Assembly (NCBI GenBank): GCA_964016885.1
Contig: OZ024752.1
Location: 41,168,001 to 41,232,000 of the forward strand
Origin: Eledone cirrhosa
Lineage: Eukaryota
Reading direction: 5' to 3'
Length of the DNA stretch: 64,000 nucleotides
The notes below the pieces were generated by a model. That model was not told where the DNA came from. It ran no database searches and was given only the letters and a program-made list of their open reading frames with translations. Shown here in pieces: positions 42,830 to 57,114 of this stretch. The translations under genes and the position numbers were made by a program. The stretch's first letter is position 1, and each line of letters begins with the position of its first letter.

Positions 42830-43892
42830 TTTTCCTCCGCTCACAATAAAACTCTTGTTTATTTGTACTTTAAGCCCGAAGCATGAGCTGATCTCCGCTC
42901 ACAATACAACTGTTGTTTGTTTGTATTTTAAGCCAGAAGTACCAGTTGATCTCCGCTCAGAATACAACTCATGTTTGTTTCTATTTTAAGCCAGAAGTAC
43001 CAGTTGATCTCGGCTCAAAATACAACTGTTGTTTGTATTTTAAACCAGAAGCCGAGTTGATCTCCGCTCACAATACAACTGCTGTTTGTTTGTATTTTAA
43101 GCCAGAAGCTCGAGTTGATCTCCGCTCACAATACAACTGCTTGTATTTTAAGCCAGAAGTACCAGTTGATCTCCGCTCAGAATACAACTCATGTTTGTTT
43201 CTATTTTAAGCCAGAAGTACCAGTTGATCTCGGCTCACAATACAACTGTTGTTTGTACTTTAAACCAGAAGCCGAGTTGATCTCCGCTCACAATACAACT
43301 GCTGTTTGTTTGTATTTTAAGCCAGAAGATCGATTTGATCTCCGCTCACAATACAACTGCTTGTATTTTAAGCCAGAAGTACCAGTTGATCTCCTCTCAG
43401 AATACAACTCATGTTTGTTTCTATTTTAAGCCAGAAGTACCAGTTGATCTCGGCTCACAATACAACTGTTGTTTGTACTTTAAACCAGAAGCCGAGTTGA
43501 TCTCCGCTCACAATACAACTGCTGTTTGTTTGTATTTTAAGCCAGAAGCTCGATTTGATCTCCGCTCACAATACAACTGCTTGTATTTTAAGCCAGAAGT
43601 ACCAGTTGATCTCGGCTCACAATACAACTGTTGTTTGTACTTTAAACCAGAAGCCGAGTTGATCTCCGCTCACAATACAACTGCTGTTTGTTTGTATTTT
43701 AAGCCAGAAGCTCGATTTGATCTCCGCTCACAATACAACTGCTTGTATTTTAAGCCAGAAGTACCAGTTGATCTCCTCTCAGAATACAACTCATGTTTGT
43801 TTCTATTTTAAGCCAGAAGTACCAATTGATCTCGGCTCACAATACAACTGTTGTTTGTTTGTATTTTAAACCAGAAGCACGAGTTGATCTCT
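42830..43892. repeat. 50-58-bp satellite with a 220-bp four-unit higher-order repeat
   Basis: Unit gttgatctccgctcacaatacaact..tattttaagccagaag; the variant order recurs at a 220-bp offset (43115 vs 43335). Confidence 0.92.
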
Positions 43893-44044
43893 CGTAACCT
43901 GCTTACTTCCACTCATGGCGTAACAATCACCACATAATTTTTTATACAATAACCTTCATTTCCAATGCATTCTATTTAGTTTCCCGCTCTTTCTTCGTTT
44001 TCTCTTCTTTATATATATATATATATATATGCATACAAACACAC

Positions 44045-44123
<79 letters not shown>

Positions 44124-44171
44124 TCCGGAAGAAAAAAATACAGTAAATATTTACAAGAAAAAATGTGTATG

Positions 44172-44277
<106 letters not shown>

Positions 44278-44775
44278 CACACAATATATATACATATATA
44301 CATACAATATATAAAAACATATATACATACATACACACATACACATTCTTCTTTTTTTTTTTTGTAAATATCATCCGTTTTCTTCTCCTTCCGTTGCTCT
44401 TCAATCGTATTTACATTGGATTTCAAAAGATATCCAAGTAAAGCCAATTATCTCCCATTTCTCTTCTCTAATGTTTGTCGACTGTTTCTTGTCATGAAGG
44501 AGACCGTGATTGGTCAATGCTAACGTACTTAAATACCATTCTTCTTGTGTGGTTTCAACTTGATAGAACTTTTGCATTGCTAGGAGTTATGATGTTAACT
44601 ATGATGATGATGTTGTTGATGGCATTGCAGGGCCGACTGTAGTATTTTAGGGGTCAATGCTTAGCTTTCAAATAATACCTGAAGTCTAAGAGAAAGAATA
44701 ATACTTTTTTTTTAAATAAATAAAACAATTAAACAAAGCATTTGGTCAACGACATCACATCATTTGGTTTTGAAA

Positions 44776-45096
44776 ATTTTGAAAGTAGGTTTATAAGTAT
44801 GAATTTTCAGTAGATAATCGTAGTTTTCTATGTGGCCTAGCGGTAGGTACTAGAGACGGTGGAGATCCTGGTCTTGGGATCAATCCTGGTCAAGGGGCAC
44901 ATGTAATGTCTTTCAGTTTTTATTTTACATCCCATAGAAAAAAAAAAGACTGAAAAAGGTTTACCGGGAACCCTACTCCCGGCCAGGATCGAACGTCGGA
45001 CCAGGATGACCAACATCTATGATTCCTACAACTAGGCCGCCAAGACAGCTACGAAAGCAAAATGAAAATAATTAATTATAAACCTACTTTCAAAAT
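44776..45096. mobile_element. Inverted repeat carrying two convergent tRNA-like units
   Basis: Perfect 21-bp outer arms; A/B-box-like TGGCCTAGCGG..GGATCAATCC (+) and CGGCCTAGTTG..GTTCGATCC (-). Confidence 0.6.
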
Positions 45097-45313
45097 CAAA
45101 ATTAAATGATAGCATTCTATATGTAGGTGGGCCCCCTTCATCTCCTGGCACCCGATATTTTTAGACCCAGTCCGCCATTGTATATATATATATATATCTG
45201 TGTGTGTGTGTGTGTATGTGTGTGTGTGTGTGTGTGTATGTGTGTGTGCAGTGTGAGCGCGCGTGCGTGTGTGTGTGTGTGTATGTGTGTATTTAAATAT
45301 ATATATATATATA

Positions 45314-45503
45314 TAACGAAGGAAGTGTGGTAAGTAACCAGGTGGACCATAACGCACCAAAGTATTCGATACTGGGTAGTAGAGTGGGAAATAGAAAAAG
45401 AGTCAGGACCCCGACGGCTGAGCTCCAGTCGTCTCGACAGCTAGGTCTGAACTGCTGTCGAAACGGCCGGAGCTCAGCCGTCGGCGTCCTGACTATTTTC
45501 CTA
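45314..45503 (-). mobile_element. Fold-back half-hammerhead element, copy D (diverged subfamily)
   Basis: Imperfect palindrome ~45391-45503 plus family tail. Confidence 0.85.
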
Positions 45504-46417
45504 TATATATATATATATATATGGGGAAGGGTGTAGTTGTTTCAAGTAGATTGCTTTTTAGGAGCATAGTTGTTTGAATATATCCCAGTATTTTTGCTGG
45601 CTTTTCCTTCATAGACCCTGAATGAAAGAAAAGCTAGCTCAGGTACCTAGATCCCAATAAATACAGAGGCTAACTCCACAGCCAAACAACACAATATACA
45701 TAACGGCATTGAAACCTAACTGATTGCGAGGTGTTCATAACATTGAAAGATCATAAGGCTAACTTCACAAATAGATCATAGTGTAGTAAAGATTTCTCAA
45801 CGAGTTTAACACTCATTCACCTCTCGCCTACAGTTAAGAAGCCGAACATTAGAAAAGTAAAGAGTGGGCGAGATATGGACGTAATCGAGAAACTAACATG
45901 TATCATGTATTACAGATTCGCTTTGCTGGAGAAATATGCCCGTCTCTATGAGACTCGCATGAGACTCACTTTACAGCACGGTAAAATATGGAGTAAAAAT
46001 ATAAAAAAAACTGGCATCAAACACCAAAGGTTATCAAATAAGTGGGCAATTGCTATACTACAGCAATTATCGATCACCACATAGAGATATATTGGTTTCT
46101 AGTTTGATTTTTTTCTTCTTTTTTTTTGTTTCTTTTTCCTCAGTTATCTCTCTTATTGGCATATGTTACGCCCAGGGATCAAGTATCAAGATTGTGAGCC
46201 GTGTAGATGTATAATTTGTCACACAACAAATTAGGCAAATATTATATTGTGTAATAAACGAATTTTATCGATTCAGAGCGTAAAAAAAAAATCTCTTTAG
46301 CCTTTGTGTTACTTTGCAGGTCAATAAGATAGACCGATAATCGCAAAACAAAATCCTAATGGATGATATATCTGCATTGACATCAATCGAAACATTCGTT
46401 AGCGTTCGTTATGCCTG

Positions 46418-46523
<106 letters not shown>

Positions 46524-46941
46524 TATACCTATATATCGTATATATATATTATTGGCGTTTGTATATGTATGTGTATATGAATATGTATATGAATGGGTGT
46601 ATGTGTGTGTGTATGTATGTTTGTGTATGTGTGTGTATGTGTGTGTATGTGTGTGTCTATGTGTGCGTGTGTGTGTGTGTGTGTATATGTGGGTATGTGT
46701 GTATGTAATGAGTGTGTGTGTAATGCGTGTGTGGTGTGTGTGTAAATGCGTATGTATGTGTGTGTGGTGTGCGTGTAAGTGTGTGTGTGTGTATGTAAGT
46801 GCGTGTGTGCGTCGTGTGTGTGTGTGTTGTTTATGTGTAAGTATGTGTGTATCTGTGTATGTGTGTGTGTATCTGTGTGTATGTGCGTGTATATATATAT
46901 ATATATATAGATATAGATATTTTTGTGTGTGTATGTGCGTG

Positions 46942-47010
<69 letters not shown>

Positions 47011-47527
47011 GTGTGTGTGAATGCATGTGTGTGTTAACAAACGTAAAAGTGTTATAGGTTTCTAACGATCCGTCGTAAAGAACGCACGTCGTTAGCAATA
47101 AAATGCAGCGTAGTTAATTGTAATGAAGTGGACAGAAAATAAATGAACACCTTTCATAATGTGTCATGGTGGAAAATATGCTGTGTTTCCTGGCTAACAT
47201 ATTGACATGAAAAGATGTGTAAAAGAGGCATCTGAAATAGTGTCGTCATAAAAATCAGGCTTTCATGTCTGTCTTGATAAAGCCTCACTCTCAAAATGTT
47301 GCAGAGTCGTACTAGGAAAATAAAATTAAGATGAACTCTACTAGTGCTCCATACGGTACGAGGGTTTGTCGTTTATAAGCTTAATAGAAAAGAAACTGGG
47401 GGGAATAAATTCTATAAACATATGCTGGTTCGTTAAAAGGATACCTGAAAGTTTGTTATAAACCAAGTAACAACACATATCATGCTTGAATGAGGTTATC
47501 TTCCCACTATTTATAGCAGCAAACTGT

Positions 47528-48212
47528 GGGTCGGCTGAAAGGTATATAAGCTGCAAAGTTCATAGGCAACAAAATTCATAGGTTGCAAATTTCATAGGCT
47601 GACGAAGATACTCTCATGGAATGACCAAATACGGTTTCCTTTTTAGCATAGTACCTGGAAAGAAACAGTGCAGTTATTAATAAGAAGAGTTGAAATTAAA
47701 GCATGTAAGATTTCACAACGCTAGCTGACCAAGATACTCTCATGGAATGACCAAATGAGGTTTATTTTTCAACATAGTCCCTAGGAAGAAACAATGCAGT
47801 TATTAATAAGAAGAGTTGAAATTATTGCATACAAGATTTCACAGCTCTAGCAACACTCCGTCATAGGCTGACCAAGATACTCTCATGGAATGACCAAATG
47901 AGGTTTATTTTTCAACATAATCCCTGGAAAGAGATAATACAGTTATTAATAAGAAGAGTTGAAATTAAAGCATGCAATATTTCACAGCTCTAGCATCATT
48001 CCTTCATAGGCTAAAAAGTTAATAAGCTGACCAAGATACTCTCATGGAATGACCAAAATGAGGTTTATTTTTCAACATAATCCCTAGAAAGAAACAATGC
48101 AGTTATTAATAAAAAATAAAAAAATAAAAAAAGCTGAAATTAATGCATGCAAGATTTCACAACTCTAGCATCACTCCTTCATAACCTATGCCCGTTCTAG
48201 TCGACCCTCGTA
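47528..48212. mobile_element. Mariner-type MITE amplified as a ~126-160-bp tandem array (4 units)
   Basis: gctgac.aagatactctcatggaatgacc at ~47598, 47724, 47867, 48026; ends gggtcggctgaaa.. and ..gtcgaccctcgTA resemble mariner TIRs. Confidence 0.7.
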
Positions 48213-48384
48213 AGTGACAATAATATAACACTGTATGTATTACTGATACTGTAAAAGTTCTATATCGGATATTTCTTTCTTTTTTCTAGCAGGCTCATGT
48301 GATTTGGTGAAGACACACAAGTGGCAGGTAAGAAGAAACAATTGTCATTCAATATGTGTGTGCGTGTGTGTTTCTGAATGTGTG

Positions 48385-48419
<35 letters not shown>

Positions 48420-48467
48420 GAGAGAGAGAGAGAGGGAGAGGGAGAGAGAGAGAGAGAGAGAGAGAGA

Positions 48468-48524
<57 letters not shown>

Positions 48525-49007
48525 GGACATACAGAAAGACAGACAGACAGAAAGACATACAGATAGATAGACAGACAGACAGACATACAGACAGAGATAT
48601 AGACATACATACATACAGACAGACAGACAGACAGATAGACAGAGAGACGGACGGACGGAGATAGACATCTATTAATAGCTTTATATAATATAATACTTTC
48701 ACTACGTCGCATAAGATTCGGAGTAATTTCGCATAATTGGCTTATTACAGGGTTTTGATACCGCGTTGTAATTATATGAGATCACATATCTGGCTCAGTG
48801 TACACGGCTTTATTGTACAGTAGATATCATTTTCATCATTATCTAGACAACACTGCCACCATTACTGACAAGTGTAACAACATCAGCTTCAAGGAACCTA
48901 TAGCCAGCATCAACATCGTCAAAATTACCATGACTATGTATTAGATCTCTTCAAGTGATATTAACTCTATTGAAACCATTTACCTGAATTCCTACCATCT
49001 ATATCAT

Positions 49008-49398
49008 AACTGTTTCTACGATTGGCACAAGGCCAGAAATTACCCAGTACATTACTGGTACTTTATTTTATCGACCCCCGTAAGGATGAAAGGCAAAGTT
49101 AACCTCGGTGGGATTTGAACTCAGAATGGCAAGGGCCGTAACTCTACGCGTCAAAGCATGGCGTCCGACCCTCTACCGATACTGCCAATCCACCGCCATC
49201 TATATAATAATTGTTTCTAGTTTTGGCACAAGGCCAGCAATTACCCAGTGCATTACTGGTACTTTAGTTTATCGACCCCCGTAAGGATGAAAGGCAAAGT
49301 TAACCTCGGCGGGATTTGAACTCAGAATGGCAAGGGCCGTAACTCTATGCGTCAAAGCATGGCGTCCGACTCTCTACCGATACTGCCAATCCACCGCC
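49008..49398 (-). mobile_element. Tandem SINE dimer (~201-bp period)
   Basis: Two near-identical copies, with ccatctatat flank sequence repeated three times. Confidence 0.9.
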
Positions 49399-49470
49399 AT
49401 CTATATAATAACATCAAGTAAATTGCGTTAATTTGCAACCAAACAACAAACGTGATTTGATATGTACATG

Positions 49471-49507
<37 letters not shown>

Positions 49508-49603
49508 TTGTTTGTGTGTGTGTGTGTGAGAGAGAGAGAGAGTGAGTCTATGTGGCTGTGTGTGTCTGTGTGCACGTACATATGTATTTATATACATATT
49601 GAT

Positions 49604-49731
<128 letters not shown>

Positions 49732-49832
49732 CGTTGAAAATGTTCCCTATTTCTCTTCAAAGGGATTTTTATAGAACCGGCCATTTTTCATTAAAAGTTG
49801 CAGAAACCATTTATTTCTTTTGGCACGGGTGA

Positions 49833-50078
<246 letters not shown>

Positions 50079-50619
50079 TATATATATATATATATATGTG
50101 GGGGGGGGGGTATCTGTGTGTGTGTGTGTCTGTGTGTGTGTGTATGTCACTTGGTTGCATTATACAGTACCAGTAATGCACTGGGTTATTGCTGGCCCCT
50201 TGTGCCTAAAGTAGAAACAATTATACATTATTACTTCATTGTATATAAAATACCTTGATTTTAAATCTTGCGTTGCATTTGCTTGTCGATCCATTAGCTA
50301 CTTCTAATGATAAATCTGTTTCATCTTATAAATACCCACTATCGTTGCCACCATCACTAAAATGGCGGCCATTTCCTCTGGAAAGATAGACTTCCGCAAT
50401 ATTAGCTTTAGTTAGCCCAATGTTCTACGTCATCTCCACTCTAGTGATATCTATTCTATCTAGCTCTTCATTTCAGTTACCACTTCTAAAATCAATAAAG
50501 AATTTGATCCTTCTACATAGTATATTTATCAGGATATTGAATTCAGATCTGGCTGACGATAAGTTATTATATTTCATTGTATTTTCCATATCGTAGTGAT
50601 GTGATGTATGTATATATGG

Positions 50620-51065
50620 ACCCATAACTCCTGGTAGAGTCGTAGGGGCGCTATATTGTATATATGTATGGTCTAGTAACTCCTAATAGAGTCGTAGGGG
50701 CGCCGTGTCGTATATATGTATGGTCTAGTAACTCCTGGTAGAGTCGTAGGGGCGCCGTGTCGTATGTATGTATGGTCCCGTAACTCCTGATAGAGTCACC
50801 ATATTGACATACAGCGTTTCTTGGGGCATTTTAAGCCTGGTGGAGCGAATCCCTTTCCAGGCCTGAGTACAAGAGAGTTCTTCCAGAGAAAGATAGAAAG
50901 TGAGGGTGAGGAAATAAGAAAGAGATATAGAGGAAGAATCGACCCCAGTACTAGACTGGTACTTCTTATATCGACCTCGAAAGGATGAAAGGCAAAGTTG
51001 ACCTCGGCGAGATTTGAACTCAGAGAGCTGAGCCGGAACGAACACCATAAATCATTCTATCCGAC
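50620..51065 (-). mobile_element. Long-tailed SINE variant ending in a 52-bp tandem repeat (~3.3 units)
   Basis: taactcct..tagagtc at ~50625, 50677, 50729, 50781; SINE body 50938-51065; homolog 53217-53535 has a single unit. Confidence 0.8.
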
Positions 51066-52488
51066 TTTCTAAAAACAAAGTGAACAATAATTACTATTTC
51101 AATTATGTCTGATATTAATGATATTACAGTTTCCTTTGTTTTCCTTTTTTTCTTTATTTTGTCTTTTTGGGGGAGGAGGGGGGGGGGTATAATCCATAGG
51201 GTAAATTTGAATAATTTTTTTTATTTTGGTCTATCAGTTAAATATGTTTTATTAATAAAAAAAAAATCAAAGAAATTGTAAACAAATTTCAAATAACGAC
51301 AACACTACAGATATTTACAAACAGAAAATGAAGGGAAAGACAAATGCTCTAGGGTCGGGCAAGGGCGCTAGAGTCATAGAAAAATGGGAGGGGGGAAAGG
51401 GACAAGACCGCAAAAGTATTTCCGTGGACAGGCTGTCCTTACTTTAAGTTTTTATTTCTATTTTTATTTTTATATTCCCTTAACCTATTTTGTATTTTTT
51501 GATTCTCAACTGAAGAAATACTAGATACTTCCTATTGACTGACTTGGCTTATTAGCTCTATACGGTCGTTTAAATTGATTAAATATATGAACAAATATTA
51601 AACAAAATAGATAAATAGAAAGAGAAAGAAATAAACAACCAGCAGAAACTATAAATATATTTTACTTTTTAAAATATTGCAGTCGATGCTAATTGATTAA
51701 AATTATTCCCCATTAAAAAAATTACGTACATCTAAAAAGAAATTGTAGATGAAACTAGTAATCTTTTCTTCGTGATTCTGGTCGGCTTAATTGTCTATGA
51801 TTTCTTTTTCTTGTTATATTTATGAAAGACATCTCGTACTTGCTGCTGAAAATAAGATTTCTGTTTCTGCTGTTCATCTTTTTTTTTTTTTTTCTTAAAC
51901 TATTTATAATCTCCATTTACTTAAGTAAAATTTAATAAAATAAATCATTTGATATGAAATTGAAACAAAATAAAAGGAATTAATGGTTTGTTAATTAAAA
52001 TTTTCTGTCGACCGTACATAAACTCTAAGTATTTTTCTGTTGCTGCATTCGTTTTTCTCTGTCTTCCTCCATTGCGAACTAAATTTCAACTAAATGAGTT
52101 GAATTATATCTATTTATGCTGTAAGTATAATTTAGGCAATTATTTTTATTACTTTTTTTTCTTATTTATCATTTTCCTTCTCCCTTCTCGACCGCCAGTA
52201 CAAGAATTCAAAAGGAAATTATATTTTATGGAGAAAACTATTTCCGATTCTTCATATAGGTCAATACATTGTTATTGACTTACAAAGCTAAATTGTAATC
52301 TTTGGTTTGGCCTAACTACTTGATTAAAGTAGTTAATTGCTGTCGATTAATTTACTAATAATCGTTCCAGTACAAGTTAAATGTTTTAAAATTTATATGC
52401 TCAATTAATATGCTCAATCATAAACATACATGCAGTAATACAATTGCTATTAAGCTTTTGTCGTAATTTCGCCATACTGATATCATTA

Positions 52489-52667
52489 TACGAGGAGGCA
52501 CTGAAAGGTTCCTGGCTTTGGGTAAAAGAAAATACGTGAGGATCAGTTAATTATGATTTTATTCAACATATTCCCCCTCTCAGATTCACACACTTATTGC
52601 AGTGGTTTTTCAGTTTTTCTAAACCCTGTAAAAAGAACTCGGAAGGTTGGGTCTCCAAGCAGACCTC
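52489..52667 (-). pseudogene. Mariner transposase C-terminus plus terminal repeat
   Basis: Minus strand EVCLETQPSEFFLQGLEKLKNHCNKCVNLRG/EYVE* (one frameshift); terminus TA-CGAGG. Confidence 0.8.
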
Positions 52668-52669
52668 TG

Positions 52670-53535
52670 AAAGGATGAAAGGCAAAGTTAACCTCGGTAG
52701 GATTAGAACTCAGAACGTAAAAGGCCGTAACTCTATGCTGAAAGGCATGGCGTCCGACCCTCGATCGATACTGCTAATCCACTAATAATGGTTTAGATAC
52801 AAGGCCAACAATTTTGGGAGGAGGGGAATGTCGGTTAAATCGATCCCAGAGCATTACTGATGCTTTATTTTATCGACCCCGTAAGGATGAAAAACAAAAC
52901 TAACCTCGACGGGATTTGAACTCAGAAGGTAAATGGCTATAATTCTATGCTGAAAAGCATGTTGTACGATGCTTTACCGATTCTGAAAGTTGTATGTCAA
53001 GAAACCTGATTCTAGTAGGACAATGTGCTTGACTAGTTGTCATATTCATGCGTTTGACATCAAGAGCATACGTGTAATGGTAGCTGTCGCATACTGTAAA
53101 TCGAAACCGAATCATTCACACTAGCTCTTGAAACATTTACCCCACGAAGCTCAGAAAATGTAAAATTGGTTGGTCCTGCCTTTGTTACATAAATAACTTT
53201 GCATTAGACAGAAATAGGCGGCGAATTGGTCGTTAGGACGTCAGATAGAATGATTTATGGTATTTGTTCCGTCCCTCAGCTCTCTGAGTTTAAATCTCGT
53301 CGAGGTCAACTTTGCTTTTCATCCTTTCGATGTCAATAAAAAAGTACCAGTCTAGTACTGGGGTTGGTTTTTTTTTCTCTATATCTCTTTCTCACTTTCC
53401 TCTCTCTCCATCTTTCTCTGGAAGAAATCTGCTATACTCAAGCTTGGAGAGGGATGGGCTCCGCCAGGTTTAAAATGTATAAGAAACGCCGTATATCAAT
53501 GCGGAGCCCCTACAACTCTATTAAGAGTTACGGCA
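52670..53535. mobile_element. SINE cluster
   Basis: ~52670-52783 -, 52790-52985 -, 53217-53535 + (long-tailed variant). Confidence 0.82.
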
Positions 53536-54278
53536 CAAGAAGATGATTAGACAGCAATCTAAATTGACTCTCAGATAATGATCGACATTCTTCACAGTCG
53601 AATCAGCAACATTTAATAAGTCTTAGTTTTTCGTTCGTTTAGCCATTTATTCACCAAGATTTCCATTCGTTTCGCTTTTGCTTTTCCTTTTAATTGAATA
53701 TTTCTAACGTTTGAAACGCATGAGGTCCGACTTTACGAATTTCTGCGGAGACGTAGGAGTAGTTTAATAAGTAAATTTAGTCGGCTAAAGTATAGCTTCT
53801 GACAGGCAACGTATAATGTCATTATAAATGTGTCAATATAAGAAACCATTATTTTAAAAAAATATAAGTAACCATTATAGACGTGTCACATACATAACGC
53901 GGTAGAAATCGAAAACCGGTCTTCATATTTCCAAATGACCTTCGATAAAAGAATGTAATTTTTAGAGGTGGAGCAAATGTTGAAATTCTGATGATAGTTA
54001 TTAGAAATAAGACATTTAAAATGCGAAAATAAGGTAATTATGACGGTAGCGAAACTGTATGGACGAATCTAAAACATTAAAGCTAGCATTTCTGTGGATT
54101 TTCTTTTATCTTGTTTGTCCTTGTAGAAACATATTTTAGAAGGACGAAATATAATTTTCTTCTTTGCTATTTTTGCCTAATTATTTATGTGTTCGCCGGG
54201 TTTTTAATAAATTTTCCGAATTCTACCTGTGATGCGAAGATTGGTTTTACCTTGCTGATTGTGGATATCAATCTATCC

Positions 54279-54318
<40 letters not shown>

Positions 54319-54367
54319 CTCTATCTCTCTCTATATATATATATCTATCTATCTATCTATCTATCTA

Positions 54368-54404
<37 letters not shown>

Positions 54405-54406
<2 letters not shown>

Positions 54407-54538
54407 AGATCAAAAGATGGTTAAAAGAGTTCCATGTATTTTATATGCGATGACATTTGCGTTTTCGTCAGATAAAATAGGGAGACATGATATGAAGGTT
54501 AAAAAACACTTGTGAATAGTGCAGTTTTAAATCAACAT
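54405..54538 (-). mobile_element. Third copy of the 160-bp hammerhead element, GAAA and half of stem II deleted
   Basis: Homologous to 25093-25251; CTGACGA retained. Confidence 0.8.
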
Positions 54539-54747
54539 ATGAAAAGTAGTTTTAGATTGATGTGTGATATTTGGAAAAAAAAATTGGGGGGGTGGATGAA
54601 AAAGAGGAGGAGATGAGAGTAAAGAATGGAGGGGGAGGAGTATAATAAGGAAGGATGAGATAGGAGGAGAGATGGGTGATAGAGAGAGAGAGAGATAGCT
54701 TTTATAACAGAAAAATATATTGTACTACAATAAAACTCATCTCCTAC

Positions 54748-54789
<42 letters not shown>

Positions 54790-54957
54790 TATCTATTTAT
54801 TTATCTATCTATCTAGACAGATAGATAGGTAGATAGGTAGATAGATAGATAGAAAGTCACAGCGAGAAACACTTGTCCTGTGAATTGACGATAACGAATT
54901 TTAAATATGGAAGCCTAGCTGAGATATAATCGAAAGTGTAAATACTTTCATTATAAA

Positions 54958-55530
54958 TTCGTTTCTACTTTTGGCACAAGACCAGCAATTATCCCAGTGT
55001 ATTACTGGTACTTTATTTTATCGACCCCTTAAGGATGGAAGGCAAAGTTAACCTCGGCGGGATTTGAACTCAGACCATAAAGGGCCGTAACTCTTTGCTG
55101 CAAAACATGGCGTCTGACCCTCTACCGAAACTGCCAATCCATCACCCGAGTTACTTAAATAATTGTTTCTACTTTTGGCACAAGGCCAGCAATTATCCCA
55201 GTGCATTACTGGTACTTTATTTTATCGACACTGTAAGGATGAAAGGCAAAGTTAACCTCGGCGGGATTTTAACTCAGACCATAAAGGGCCGTAACTCTTT
55301 GCTGCAAAGCATGGCGTCTGACCCTCTACCGAAACTGCCAATCCATCACCCTAGTTACTTAAATAATTGTTTCTACTTTTGGCACAAGGCCAGCAATTAT
55401 CCCAGTGCATTACTGGTACTTTATTTTATCGACACTGTAAGGATGAAAGGCAAAGTTAATATCGGCTGGATTTGAACTCAGACCACAAAGGGCCGTAACT
55501 CTTTGCTGCAAAACATGGCGTCTGACCCAT
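54958..55530 (-). repeat. Tandem SINE trimer, 204-bp period
   Basis: gtttctacttttggcacaag at 54961, 55165, 55369. Confidence 0.92.
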
Positions 55531-55812
55531 GTTTTGCAGCAAAACATGGCGTCTGACACTTTCTTCCAAACAAGACTGTTTTTCGCCGCCAGTGTAATAT
55601 GGTTGTAATATGTACAAAGGGAATATGACAGAGGTGAAGTCTGAAAGTGTTTACAGTCTTCAATATATCTTTGATATTATTCAATGTTTAACATTCATGG
55701 CTGCCAACCACCGATACGACTGTTTAACAGTAGCGTCGACAGCTAGATCAATAAATGAATAAATAGATAGATAAATAGATAAATAAATAAATATTTAATA
55801 GATATATAGATA

Positions 55813-55890
<78 letters not shown>

Positions 55891-55893
<3 letters not shown>

Positions 55894-56084
55894 CGAAGGA
55901 AAAGTGGTAAGGAACCAGGTGGACCATAACGCACCAAAGTACTCAATACTTAGGGTAGTAGAGTGGGTAATAGGAGTAAGTAAGACCCCGACGGCTGAGC
56001 TCAAGCCGTTTCGACGGCTAATTCTGTACTGCATTAGCCATCGAAACGGCTTGAGCTCAGCCGTCGGGGTCTTACTTACTCCTA
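55891..56084 (-). mobile_element. Fold-back half-hammerhead element, copy F
   Basis: Palindrome 55971-56084 plus tail; a tail-only fragment lies at 56453-56512. Confidence 0.9.
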
Positions 56085-56183
56085 TATATATATATATATA
56101 TATATATATTTTTAAAACAGTTTAAAGTTTAAGCAAAGAAACGCTGCTTTCACTCCTAACGGGATCTTCACATTTATTATTAT

Positions 56184-56226
<43 letters not shown>

Positions 56227-56255
56227 GAGAGAGAGAGAGATGAATGAATATATAT

Positions 56256-56440
56256 GATTGGCAGTATTGGTAGAGAGTCGGACGCCATACTTTTCAGCAT
56301 AGAGTTACGTCCCTTTACTGTCTGAGTTCAAATCGCGCCGAGATTAACTTTGCTTTTCATCCTTACGGGGGGTCGATAAAATAAAGTACTAGTAATGTAC
56401 TGGGATAATTGTTGACCTTGTGCCAAAAGTAGAAACAATT
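56256..56440 (+). mobile_element. SINE
   Basis: Consensus match. Confidence 0.88.
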
Positions 56441-56509
56441 ATTGTTATATATAGTATTGAGTACTCTGGTGCGTTATGGTCCATCTGGTTCCTTACCACA
56501 ATTCCTTCG

Positions 56510-56601
<92 letters not shown>

Positions 56602-57114
56602 ATTTTGCTTTGATTCTGTTTTAATATGATTTTAATTTTTGAATTTAAATTATCATTCAGAAATAATATAATATATGTCACCCACTGTGCATCAATATAT
56701 ACTTATGTTTCTGTATGTCTCTTGCGTTGGAAAGGAGGTCACGTATGTGTACAAACATTGAAAAATGCTCCGAAGACTCCAAACCTCGGTTTGGATGAAA
56801 CAATTGTAAGCTAATAAATGGTTTGAACATAACTTTGATTCCTGTGAATTCTATATATATATATGTATATATTTATATACACAGAGAGAGGAAACAATTG
56901 AGAGGTGGGGACGTTTGTTTCTATAGGTAGATGGTGGCGGTGTTAGCGACACCATGAGAACGACCACGACTCCAGAATTGTATATTTTTCCTAATTTGTA
57001 AAAACATCTCACTCTTGTTGAGTAAAATTTGAAATAAGCACGTAGTATATCAATAGTTTAAAGTTTGATGGGCCTTAAAGATGAGATTTTACTTAAGGCT
57101 TCTTTTTATGTTTT

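Noticed and set aside
42830-43892. CRISPR-like appearance of the satellite
   Set aside because: Inter-repeat sequence is itself repeated, there are no unique spacers or cas genes, and the context is eukaryotic
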